Assembly (NCBI GenBank): GCA_049724395.1
Contig: JAUGWO010000120.1
Coordinates: 1-64,000 of the forward strand
DNA length: 64,000 bases
Direction of reading: 5' to 3'
From: Spongospora subterranea f. sp. subterranea
Taxonomy: Eukaryota
Part shown: positions 1 through 11,415 of the stretch, piece after piece
How positions within the stretch are numbered: position 1 is the first letter of the stretch
Layout: each line of letters begins with the position of its first letter
The notes under the pieces: model-generated
Seen by the model: the letters and a program-made list of their open reading frames with translations, nothing else
The model's database searches: none
What the model was told of the DNA's origin: nothing
Made by a program: the position numbers and the translations under genes

Positions 1-1290
1 GGAGCGACAGAACGAGAAATGGCTGAACGCGGTTGCCTTGATCCGGTCTTTTTGTTCGTGCTAATGTTTTGTTTGTTATACAGATAATATTACCTATATT
101 TAATGTAGGTATGTTTGATGGAGGTTTGAAAAACCTTTACCTGAATTTGAAACGAACTTGTCGAATCGCCCTTTGATTTGACGCTCGATGATCCAAATCA
201 CGCCCTTCCGGCACATCCTGTTGAATGGATTGTTCTGTGCAGGAAACAGAACATCAATAACCTCCGGCAGGAGTTCGACGACAACGCTGTCACAAAACGT
301 GACCATAAAATCATCATTTTTTACAGCGGCGTTGAACTCGATCGCCATTTGGGAGCATAATGCTGCCATTTGGACGGCACGTGTCGCTGTGCCTAGCCGG
401 TCATCCAACGGAGAATTGGCCACCTTATATACGACAAGAGCTGATCCAAACACCATTGGAAACATAGCTTCCTTATAAACAATCTTGGACTCGCCGTCAG
501 TAATAGGATCTTCCATGTTCGGTACAGGAAATTCCTTCTCGCTTAGAAACTGTTGCGACCATTTTTGACCATCGAACTGTCTTAAAATGGCAACTCCAGA
601 GCCTTGCACTGCGGTATCCGATTTTGAATTCTGGTATATATCCTGGAACTGAAATTGATCAAGATTGCCGAACGCGCTTGAGTGTACAAGGGCGCTTCCC
701 TTCGTTCCTGTCTTCAATCGCTTGATGACAGGACCGGTGACGTGATTACTGTTGTTGTTGCCAAACAACTCGATGGTGCGCAGCGGCTGTTGAATTGGGC
801 CACAGTCTTCACCATTGTCAGGGAGAGTCATATCCCATTCGTTATCAACATTATCCTGTTCATAATCGTGGCTGATTCTGTCATTATCATTGAAGTCATC
901 ATGTGAATGGTTTGATCTCACCAGATGCAACACCTTCTTGCCTCCAGAACGAGTGAGGTTGAAAGTAAATTCACAGAATGGCGTATTCTCCTGTATTATT
1001 GCACCATCCCCCGTGGTAAGAACGTAAGTGGCCCCAGAGCACCATTTCGGAACAGGAAATAAACTGGATGCCAATCCATCGATAATATCATAGTATGTGG
1101 CCGACAATGCGAAAACGACGTTGATTGCTGGATGATCTGGTAACTTCGTTGCCTTTTTAGTTCGGGGATCCATCCCTAGCGGGTAGGCGCACCAAGCGTT
1201 GGGCAGGAAGCCAAGCACTGACCCTGTTGCTGACCACAATGTTGACAGAACATAGACAGACTCGTTGATCAAATAATTGATTAAACCCAC
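1..1290 (-). CDS. Alpha-kinase (eEF2K/MHCK-like) domain protein, runs off the window; possibly degenerate
   Basis: ORF 100..1290 ends in WIIERQIKGRFDKFVSNSG (alpha-kinase ExxIxGxFxKFxxNSG motif). Positions 60..1 on the minus strand translate to ...KATAFSHFSFCRS (AFSHF motif). The splice phase joining them could not be resolved by eye. Confidence 0.6.
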
Positions 1291-2693
1291 CCGACGACGA
1301 ATCTGTCATGGGAAGTCCGCTACGGCATTACCTATAGTTTTTTTCTGACGTACTGTAAAATAGTTTTGTTGCTCACAAAAAACATTTTGCGCATAATTTC
1401 CGCCCCTTGCCCTTCTCGGATTCCCTACATTGGGACACGGGGGAAATTTTCTGTACGGAACACCACAATGCCTTGAACCCAAGTCGCATCATTACAAATC
1501 AGCTGTCTATTTTTCCTGAGGTTCGTTCCTCCCATGCTCAAACCTGAGCTCTACTTCCGTATTAGCTGGCCAACCTCAGGGATTCCCCAAAATCCCAACC
1601 CACGGGGTTTTCGAACTCAGTATTTTGCACTGACCTGGTCCTACCTGCACCAACCGGGACAGACAGGAACCAAGCTCAGCGGTTCGTCATGATATCTACA
1701 ACTTTTGTAGGCGAATCACGTCAAAGCGACCCGATGGTGGAAAGATCGCGAGAATGTGGCAGTACAACACTTTTAACCAGAAATCGGTTTCTGGTTGCCG
1801 TGCTTCGATCCGCAAGGTCAGTCTTTTCAAGGCAGTATCTGGGCGTGGACCCAAGACCGCTCCATGGGTTGCGCAGACACATGAGGCCCTCTACTTGGAA
1901 TTCCGCCGCTTGAAGGCCCTGGGTGTCAAATTCTCTGCGTCCGTCTTGCAGCTTCTTGCCAAAGAAGTCATAATGCAGACTCAGACGGAGTACAACTTCA
2001 CGTACATCGACCCTAAGGACCAGATGCCCATCATCGAAAAAATCACCCCTCGCTGGATACAACTATTCATGGTATGATTGGGCCACCCGTGATGGGTTAA
2101 ACACGTGGATTACACTGAGCGATTGGCACCAGGAGCGCAACGACATCCTTAATCGTTGCCAGACGGGGAAGCTGTTGGTCAGTCCACAGAAGCTTGATCA
2201 CATCCATCGATCGGTTGCTTATCACTTGGGGAAGCTTCATCGCGGATTCCAGAGCGGATTATACGATGAGAATAAAATGCGAAAAATGAATGAGACACAT
2301 TTCATCGTGAATTGCGGTCGGTGAACTCACTGGTTCGGTTTATCGGATCTGGCATATTTATATTGTTGCAATCAGACAACGGGAAGACACTGGGAATGAG
2401 GGGAGTGAAATACGCCGATGTTGTTTCGGGTGGAGAATCAATGACGATGATGGTGACTATCACGGGTGGTCCCCAAGCCCGTATCGTGGCACCGATGATG
2501 ATATTCATGAATAAGAACAGGAAGTACCCGATAAATGGCTTCCCTGATTCCATACCAGGTGCCTCATATCGTACCGGTCCTAAAGCCTGGAATGATAAGC
2601 TCGTAAGATCTATTTTTTTGGCCGGGAGTGTGAACCGCAGATGACATTGGTACAGGTGTTCCCGTTGTATGTGAAAGAGCGTCGCGCCTACCC

Positions 2694-2886
2694 TGTTAGA
2701 TCCCCCACACCAGTCAATAATATCTATCCATATTACCTATCTACGATCTGCACGCACAGTCTTCGGGCTCAGATCGTATTGTTAGTTCTAGTAAAGCACC
2801 ACGTTTAGCCTCAGCCTCTGTTAGTTCCTTCTCTCTAGTTTAGCTTAAGCCCTATAGTTCGTTCCGTCCAGGTCTTTACACTATCA
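2694..2886 (+). repeat. 5' LTR
   Basis: TG...CA termini; near-identical to 5329-5512. Confidence 0.9.
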
Positions 2887-2889
2887 TTC

Positions 2890-5328
2890 ATGAACGAGAC
2901 GTTCCAGGACTGCCTGGGAAAATTCGTGGTGGTATACCTGGATGATATCTTGATTTATTCGCAGGATCCAGAGAAACACGAAGCTCACGTAAAGGTGGTT
3001 TTGCAACGTTTGCGTGAGAAGAAGTTGTTTGCCAAGCTGGAGAAATGCGCTTTTGGAGTTCGACGTGTAGAATTTCTGGGTTACATCATCAGCCCGCAAG
3101 GAATCGAAATGGATCCAGAGAAAACCTCCAATATCACCTCGTGGCAAACACCGACGTCCGTCAAGGGGATTCAATGTTTTTTGGGATTCGCCAACTTTTA
3201 CCGTGATTTCATCTCTCGTTACTCCCAATATGCAGCACCACTATACGAGCTGACTAAAAAGGATGTACTGTTTTCTTGGCAACCTCAGCATCAAGCATCT
3301 TTTGACGCCAATCAAACGGGCCTTCTCTCAAGCACCAATATTAGCCCATTTCATCCCTTCTGCCCCGTGTATAGTGGAGACCGACGCTTCCGACTTCGCG
3401 ATCGGCATGATATTATCGCAGGTTCAGACTGATGGAAAATTACGCCCGATTGCATTCCATTCACGCAAACTCACACCGGCAGAAATCAACTACGAGACGC
3501 ACGACAAGGAATTACTGGCGGTCGTGGTGGCTATTTCCCGTTGGCGACATTACTTTAGTCCACACAAGATTAAGGTCCTCTCTGACCATAATAATCTCCG
3601 TTATTTCTCATCATCGAAGCTTCTCAACCGACGACAAGCACGCTGGTCTATGATATTGTCGGAATATGATTATGTGATACATCATCGTGCTGGTTCACTC
3701 TCTGGGCAACCAGACGCCTTGTCGAGACGCCCTGAGTACGAGATACAGCCTAATGATCCCGTGTGGCAACAGCAGCGAACTTGTTTACTACCAGAAGACA
3801 GCCTTAGCGTTGCTCCACTAGAATTGAATGCAATTCAATCCGGTCTGGAGGGTCTCATACTATTGGTAATATTATCAGAGAATCTCAATCATACGATTCT
3901 GCAGTTCAGCAACAAATCCGCCACGTCACCAAGCCCTTTCACGTTCATGACGGGTTATTGTACAAAGAACAGGCACTTGTAGTACCTAGAGAAACGGCGC
4001 AACTCAAAGTACTCACACAGCTCCATGACTCCCCATTGGGAGGTCATTTAGGTCGGCGGAAAACGCTTCAAGCAGTGCAACGACATTTTTGGTGGTCCGG
4101 AATGAATGATTTCGTTCGACGCTACGTCAAAACGTGTGATCGTTGCCAGCGAACCAAATTGCAGCGCAAGGCACCACCAGGACTGTTAAAACCGTTACCC
4201 ATTCCAACGGATTTATGGCGATCAATTTCATTAGACTTCATAGTTAAACTACCCAAATCCAACGGTTTCGACTCAATTCTCGTCGTGGTTGATCGTTTGT
4301 CGAAAATGGCGCATTTTATTGCTTGTAAAGAATCAATCACATCGCCACAGTTGGCTGAATTGATGCTACGACAAGTGTTCCGGCTTCATGGACTCCCAGA
4401 CGATATTGTATCAGACCGTGGCCCGCAGATGGTTACAAGATTTTGGAAATGCCTTCTCCAACGGCTACAGATTCAACGGAAACTATCTACGTCGAGACAC
4501 CCGCAGACCAACGGACAGACAGAAAGGGTTAACCAAGTTGTAGAGCAGTATTTAAGGACGTTTACTTCCTACCAGCAGGACGACTGGGAAGATTGGTTGG
4601 CGCTGGCTGAATTCCAATACAACAACACCGAACACTCATCGACCAAAGTTTCCCCATTTTTTGCAAACTATGGGTTCCATCCCCGCACCATCGACGTCCC
4701 ATCATTCTGCCAATCACAAGCGAATCCGTCCGCTGATGAAAGGGCAAACCATTTACGAAGCATTCGCTTATTTTTACGACGACAACTTGAACAGGCCGTG
4801 TTTTCGATGAAAAAATATGCCGATAACAAACGTTCTGAGGCTCCCGCATATTCACTGGGCGAGTTAGTCATGGTGAAGAGAATCGATTGGAATACAACTC
4901 GACCTTGTCCAAAGCTCGACGACAGATTCGCGGGACCCTTCCCGATCATCGCGAAGGTTAACGACGTAACATTTTCATTGCAATTGCCTGCATCTTGGCG
5001 AGTGCATAACACGTTCCACGTCTCGCAGATTGAGCCATATCACAGGAACGACATTGCTGGGCGAGCTCAAGATTGTCCTCCTGAACCCATTTTCATACCT
5101 GCGGAATCAACAGAACCGTTATTCATCGTTAAGGATATTCTGGATTCTAGGGTCTACCGCAATCAGCTGCAATACTTAGTGGACTGGGAAGGTTATCCTC
5201 CATCCGAACGTTCCTGGGAGCCAGCGCGAGGGCTTGCAGATAACTCTCCTCCGCTGCGGGAAGCCATCGCTAAATTTCATGACAATTATCCGGACAAACC
5301 TAATCGGGATTTAAAAAAGGGGAGGTAG
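2890..5328 (+). pseudogene. Ty3/gypsy pol (RT C-half, RNase H, integrase, chromodomain), frameshifted
   Basis: [22 protein letters not shown]...[15 protein letters not shown] zinc finger; LDF...SDRGPQ...TNGQTERVN; GPF motif; YLVDWEGYPPSERSWEP chromodomain. Spread over three overlapping ORFs. Confidence 0.95.
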
Positions 5329-5512
5329 TGTTAGATCCACCACACCAGTCAATAATATCTATTCATATTACCTATCTACGATCTGAGTCTTCGGGCTCAG
5401 ATCGTATTATTAGTTCTAGTAAAGCACCACGTTTAGCCTCAGCCTCTGTTAGTTCCTTCTCTCTAGTTTAGCTTAAGCCCTATAGTTCGTTCCGTCCAGG
5501 TCTTTACTATAA
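5329..5512 (+). repeat. 3' LTR
   Basis: Follows the PPT; copy of 2694-2886 with small indels. Confidence 0.9.
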
Positions 5513-6224
5513 TACCCGCTCGATCCCCGCCGAGAGGAGATACATTTATGGGTTGATAACTGCGGCGGGCACAATGCCTCTCAAGAGCTTGACGGTGCTC
5601 TGGCTGAAACCAACACGGCCACCCACTATTTTCCGCCGTGCGCGACTGATTTGGTTCAGCCCGCCGATTCGTTTGTAATTTCTAAAATCAAAGACGAATG
5701 GACCCGTCGATGGGATTTGAAAAAATTCGAACTCATCCAAGGCGACGAGTGGTCGAACACCGTCAGAGCTGGCGGGAGCTGGTCGGGAAAGCTCCGGAAT
5801 CCAGGCAAAGCGTATTTTCTCCAGCTGGCCGCCGACTGCGTCCGCGCTGTGAACTCCATGCGCGACAGCAATTGACGTACGCTCGCAAAGCAATGATCCG
5901 ATGCGGCCTATCTCTAGACGTAACTGGATTCTGGCACGTTAAGCAGCTAACGCCTGAGCTTCAGGATATAATCGTCAAACACAAAAACCACTTTGATGGC
6001 GAGGCGGTTGCATTGCCCGGCGTCGCACCCGCTGCCATTCAGCCGTAGTACCTCTCTGCACGTCGCTATTCAATTAAACAGAAATATGTTCGAGGTAAAT
6101 TGTGTACGGTGGAAATCCCTCGCCACCGAAGCGGTTGTGTTGTTTGACGATGATGGCATGAAGGTCGTTCGACCATGCCTTGACATCATATAGTATATCT
6201 ATAGTATTGCCTGTCAACACTGCG

Positions 6225-6410
6225 ACTGGAGTACACACTAAATATGAACATTCCCGAATAGTGTGGTACACTATTCGTACCACCCTATAATTAGTGTGTA
6301 TTCCCAATTAGTGTGTTACACAATTAACTGTGGAGTTACCCAAAATCACACAAACGCAATTACTGTAATACACACTAATTACGATGAACGGTGTACTATT
6401 TCGAATGGGA
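6225..6410. repeat. Cluster of short TACACACTAAT/ATTAGTGTG motifs in both orientations, probably the subterminal region of the pogo element
   Basis: Repeated tacacacta/tagtgtg/gtacactatt motifs downstream of the transposase. Confidence 0.4.
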
Positions 6411-6414
6411 AGTT

Positions 6415-6780
6415 AACGAAAATTATCATCATTCAGACATCCTGAAACGGATGGCCAGACAGAAATGGTTAACCAAGTCCTCGAGCAGTTTCTTCGTTGT
6501 TGAATTATTTTCCTGCAAGACGATTGGGTAGATGAACTTGCAATGGCGGAATTTGCTTATAACAATACAGTCCATTCATCGACAGGATTGACAATCCAAG
6601 AATCCCCATGATCCCATTCCCCGATCATCATCAACGACACCTTGTGCCGACGATCGTGCCGATCATCTTCATAACAATCGACAACTTCTTCAGAAACAAC
6701 GCCGTCAGGCGGTTCACCACATTAAGCAATCAGCAGACAACCGCCGCAGTCAGGATCGACGTTTGGAGGTTGGTGAAAAG
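6415..6780 (+). mobile_element. Degenerate Ty3/gypsy integrase fragment
   Basis: Translates to KLSSFRHPETDGQTEMVNQVLEQFLRC*...QDDWVDELAMAEFAYNNTVHSSTG. Confidence 0.85.
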
Positions 6781-7766
6781 GTTATGCTGTAACGGCGGTG
6801 ACGGCGACATGCAGGGAGACCATTCTTCACCGCTCGATTACACATGTTCTCGATAGCCGCTCCAATTTCCGCCGGACGATCCGTGCCGATATCAATGGAT
6901 AGTCGATGCCCGGTTATGTATTCAGATTCAGCGGTTGGAGTCGGGAGATGAAGTTGTATTCGTTTAGCGGAGAGAGGTGGTGTAAGTGATGGGGCGGTTT
7001 GTGTCGGTAGATCTTCAATCGTTAAGTGTCCACCCACCGCCGCTTGAAGCTTATCCATTAATAAAACATCCGGATCGATTCCCAAAGCAAATAGTTCCGG
7101 TTTACCAATTAGGACGACACCGTCTGAAAGATTTCACGCGTCACAAAGCACTCTCGACGACGCAAAGTGACTTTGGCGCCAATAGGTGAATCGAGGGTGA
7201 GGTCCAAAATTGCGGAACCTATAAAGGTGGAAGAATATCCCGCTACCGCCTGTTTGCCTGTGATTGGTTCATCGAAGAAGTAACAGGGGACGTGTGTTTT
7301 TCTGTCAATAGGCATTGAAGAGTTTTCTCATCGATGGTTGTTTTAGAAGAACCATCGAACTTGGTACCAGCTTTAATCAAAGCGCCGTCACACGTGGCCA
7401 GATCGTAAGTGGCGCCGTCTCTCCATGCTGGATAAGGAAACAGAGCTTCCGCCAACTCGGCAACAACACAATCAAACGATTCGGATCTCAGAATCACGAC
7501 GTTGACGGCGGGAATCTTGTCGAGTTTAATCGGCCGTGCGATTCTTGATCGTATCCATACGGGACGGCCATCACATTGACCTTGGGAGTAGGTTTTGGCG
7601 CTGGGGGCGCACCTCGGCGTGTATTGGCCCTTGAACGACCCACTTCTGCGTTGGTTTGCTTCATCTCTTCGATGGCCTGTTGTACTGTCTGCCGGACGAC
7701 AGCCAAATTGCTAGGACATTGAACGGCGCAAGCACCTTGGGGCATACCGCATTTGATGCAAAACAT
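6750..7766 (-). pseudogene. Frameshifted gene of unknown function sharing an N-terminal domain with the alpha-kinase ORF
   Basis: Successive ORFs: MFCIKCGMPQGACAVQC..., KIPAVNVVILRSESFDCVVAELAEALFPYPAWRDGATYDLATCDGALI, and 6750..7315 pieces in different frames. Confidence 0.5.
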
Positions 7767-7781
7767 TGTCAACAGAAATGT

Positions 7782-7927
7782 AATGTCAAATGGCGCGGAC
7801 TTGCGGAACGGGGATGGAGAGGAATTGAATGTCAAATGGCGCGGACTTGCGGAACGGGGATGGAGAGGAATTGAATGTCAAATGGCGCGGACTTGCGGAA
7901 CGGGGATGGAGAGGAATTGAATGTCAA
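7782..7927. repeat. 46-bp tandem repeat, 3 identical copies plus a partial copy
   Basis: Unit aatgtcaaatggcgcggacttgcggaacggggatggagaggaattg at 7782, 7828 and 7874. Confidence 0.95.
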
Positions 7928-7992
7928 CTCGCGCGGAGTTGCGGCTCTCGAATTCCGTACCATACTGTACTTTGACCATTTCCACAACGAGG

Positions 7993-10900
7993 ATGTCCAA
8001 ATATCTGTTTTCAGGAGTTCTGTTCTTACTGGTAGCATTGGGATCTGGTGCTTCAATCCAATGCCAAACATCGCAAGTTGTTAAAGCCTTAATTGAGGCA
8101 ATTATCAACAAGTTTGCAAAGAGAATTGTTTAACAATCAAAACAATAATCGGAGTGTCAGAGAACAAAGAGCTGTGGAATTGGCCAGCATTATTGGTGAC
8201 GATTGTATCGATGCTTCGATTTCCGTTGATGAAAAAATTTCTTCATCGGTATTATTGGAGCAATTTCGGTGCAAACACTGATCGCTCCTACACCACTACT
8301 ATTATCAATTTGGCACTTCTCTACGACCAGTAAATTCGAATTGATTTTGATTCAATTTGACCTTATTGTTATCTCAATAGGACAAATGTCGCTGAGATTC
8401 TGATAGAGAGAGAGGCCAATCTGTTGATAAAGGATAGTCATGGCAATACTGCATTGCATATCGCCTCCTGCCGGGGACAGTAATATATTCCTCATTATGT
8501 ATTACCACATATTATCTGAAATCTTTATAGCAAAACCGTCGTGAGTATGATTTTGAACAAGTCGAAACCGCAGGATATTGACCAACGGAACCATGAAGGT
8601 GCAACGGCACTCCATCTGGCAATTTACTATAGGAGGTTGGTCGTATATACTGTTTGAGGCTGATCCCTGGCAATAATTGCTACTGGTTTTAGAGCCGATG
8701 TCGTTGAGGAGCTGTTGAAAAATTTCGCCAATCCTTTAATCACTGATAGATATGGGGATACAGCACTTCACCAGGCAATAGATAAGGTCCGGCTTTTGGG
8801 TGCAGAGTTAATTTTGATGATAATTGATGCGGCGAGGAAATATACTATCAATACTTTGGGACAGACTGTGATGACAGACCCCTCTTCGTGTTCAAGTCCA
8901 AACTTTGTTCAAGATGGCCGGTATATATTGTGAACAGGCTTGTCATAATGATTGAAATTAGCTGATATGATCTCACAGGGACAGGGACGAAATCTTTGAG
9001 GCGATGTCGAAATTCATCAATCTCAAAAACCGTCAAAAAAAAACTCCTTTATTGATCGCTATTACAAATATTCATTATTCTGTCGATATTGTCGAATTGC
9101 TGTTAGAGAATGGAGCCGATCCCACAATTGGTGATGATTATGGTGTCACTGCACTGGACCACGCTATATTGAATAATCGGTAGATTAAACTGTTCAAATT
9201 GTTCATCTATCAAATAACTGATCGAGATATCACAGAGGTGTTAATATTATTTCTGCAATAATTACTCCTGCGAGGCGACAAAATATACAGAATGTGATGA
9301 CGGATCCCTCAGTATGGTCAAGTCCACACTTGGATCAAGATGGCCGGTATATATTGTGAACAGGTGTGTCGGAAGGAATGATTGAAATCGCTGAATTGGT
9401 CACAGAGGCAGAGTTATGACCCGTGAGTCGATGTTGAAATTCATCAATAGCATTAACCGTCATGGAAAATCTGCTCTCTACCTCGCTATCATCACTTCTG
9501 ATTGTTCTGTCGAAACCCTCCAATGTCTGTTAGATAATGGAGCAGATCCCTGGATTGGTGATGATCGGGGGAACACTGCACTGGCAGTCGCATTAATGTA
9601 TAAACGGTAAACTAAACTGTTCAAATTGTTCATTTATCAAATAACTGATCGAGATCTCATAGAGGTTTAAATTTTATTTCTACATTAATTACTGCGGCGA
9701 GGCGACAAATTATGCAAAATATGGGACAGAATGTGATGACGGGCCCCTCAGTATGTTCAAGTCCAAATTTGGTTCAAAATGGCCGGTATTTATTGTGAAC
9801 AGGTATGTCGAAATGATTGAAATTGCTGATTTGATCTCACAGGGACAGAGATATGATGTCGGAATTCATCAATCTCCAGAACCATGATGGAATAACTGCT
9901 TTATTGAATGCTATTACAAAAGGTTGTTCCGTCGAAATTGTCGAATTGCTGTTAGAGCATGGAGCCGATCCCAGGATTGGTGATGCTTTATTAATCGCTA
10001 TTACAAATTTTTGTTCTGGCAAAATTGTCGAATTGCTGTTAGAGAATGGAGCCGATCCCAGGAGTGTTGATAGTAATGGGAACACAGCACTTGGCCTCGC
10101 ATCAATGTGTAAACGGTAAACTAAACTGTTCAAATTGTTCATTGATCAAATAACTGATCGAGATCTCATAGAGGTGTAAATTTTATTTCTCCATTAATTA
10201 CTGCGGCGAGGCAACAAATTATCAATAATCTGGGACAGAATGTGATGACGGGTCCCTCAGTATGTTCAAGTCCAAACTTGGTTCAAAATGGCCGGTATTT
10301 ATTATGAACAGGTGTTAGGAAGGAAATCGCTGATTTGATCACAGGGACAGAGATATGGTCCGTGAGTCGATGTTGGAATTCATCAATAACAGGAACCCTC
10401 GTGGAGTTTCTGCTCTCCACCTCGCTATTATATTTCAAAGTTCCTTCGAAACCCTCAAAATTCTTTTAGAAAATGATGCCGATCCCAGGATTCCTGATAA
10501 TAATGGGAAGACGGCACTGGACCTCGCTATACAGCAAAAACGGTATTCTGAACTGTTCAAATTTTTCATTTGTCAAAATTAACTGATTGAGATGTCACAG
10601 ACATGAGGCGATCATTGAGATAGTCAACGCGGTGAGGAATATGCCAAAACTACATTTTCTCCAAAATGGGATGACACCTCCCTTGTATTCCGGTCTGATT
10701 CAACATTTAACTCATCGTCGCCTGTATCTTCCTCACATGTTGTCCTACACATTGAAATTGGCTGATTTGATTTCCCAGGCCGATTGATGTGATCTCTGTT
10801 ATATTCGCTGACGACATGATCAATCAGTGGAAGAAATGTGCGAAAAATGCTCTCGTTTGGGCAGAGTCGACAAAGCGGTTGGTCTTGGCCTGGTTAACGA

Positions 10901-11415
10901 ACTCGATTATTTGTGCTAATCTGACGTATATGCAGGGACGATTGGGTAGAGCCGACAAAGCGGTTGGTCTTGGCCTGGTGGGTAGAAGCCGACAAAGCGG
11001 TTGGTCTTGGCCTGGTCAAAAAACTCGATTATTTGTGCTAATCTGACGCATATACAGGGACGATTCGGCAGAGCCGACAAAGCGGTTGGTTTTGGCCTGG
11101 TTAAAGAACTTGATTATTTGTGCTAATCCGACGTATGTACAGGGACGATTGGGCAGAGCCGACAAAGCGGTTGGTCTTGGCCTGGTCAAAGAACTTGATT
11201 ATTTGTACTAATCTGACACATATACAGGGACGATTGGGCAGAGCCGAACAAGCGGTTGGTCTTGGCCTGGTTAAAGAACTCGATTATTTGTGTTAATCTG
11301 ACGCATATGCAGGGACGATATAATTGACTCACTAAGGATAATATGCGACATCCCTAAAACTGTCACACCAATTGATGTCTCAAAACAATTGCCCAGTGTC
11401 ATCCAGGATTGTTGA
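7993..11415 (+). CDS. Secreted ankyrin-repeat protein (candidate effector), multi-exon, copy A
   Basis: Signal-peptide-like MSKYLFSGVLFLLVALGSGAS. ANK exons include DSHGNTALHIASCRGH, NHEGATALHLAI, DRYGDTALHQAI, DDRGNTALAVAL and DNNGKTALDLAI, separated by ~50-60 nt phase-2 GT-AG introns. Last exon ends ...PSVIQDC* (TGA 11413-11415). A +1 indel relative to copy B lies at the A-run 8232-8237. Confidence 0.8.
10858..11319 (+). repeat. 85-bp tandem repeat (about 5 units) = 58-nt intron + 27-nt micro-exon
   Basis: Units recur at 11057, 11142, 11227 and 11312. Each reads GTTGGT...GCTAAT...CAG|GGACGATTGGGCAGAGCCGACAAAGCG. Confidence 0.85.

Larger units (their letters stand above)
2694..5512 (+). mobile_element. 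Ty3/gypsy chromovirus LTR retrotransposon, internally deleted (no gag, protease or N-terminal RT)
   Basis: Two ~190-bp direct LTRs starting TGTTAG, a polypurine tract AAAAAAGGGGAGGTAG at 5313-5328, and a 5-bp TSD TACCC at 2689-2693 and 5513-5517. Confidence 0.95.
1754..6048 (+). mobile_element. pogo/Tc1-mariner (DDE_1, CENP-B-like) transposase gene with introns, interrupted by a Ty3/gypsy insertion
   Basis: HTH-like N-terminal part (1754-2071), then NETHF, PMMIF...GPKAWND. After the insert: IHLWVDNCGGH...YFPPCATDLVQPAD. Removing the insert and one TSD copy gives the in-frame sequence VKERRAYPLDPRREEIHLWVDN. Confidence 0.85.

Noticed and set aside
10858..11319. CRISPR-like array
   Set aside because: No unique spacers; units are contiguous tandem copies with splice signals in a eukaryotic gene, and there are no cas genes.
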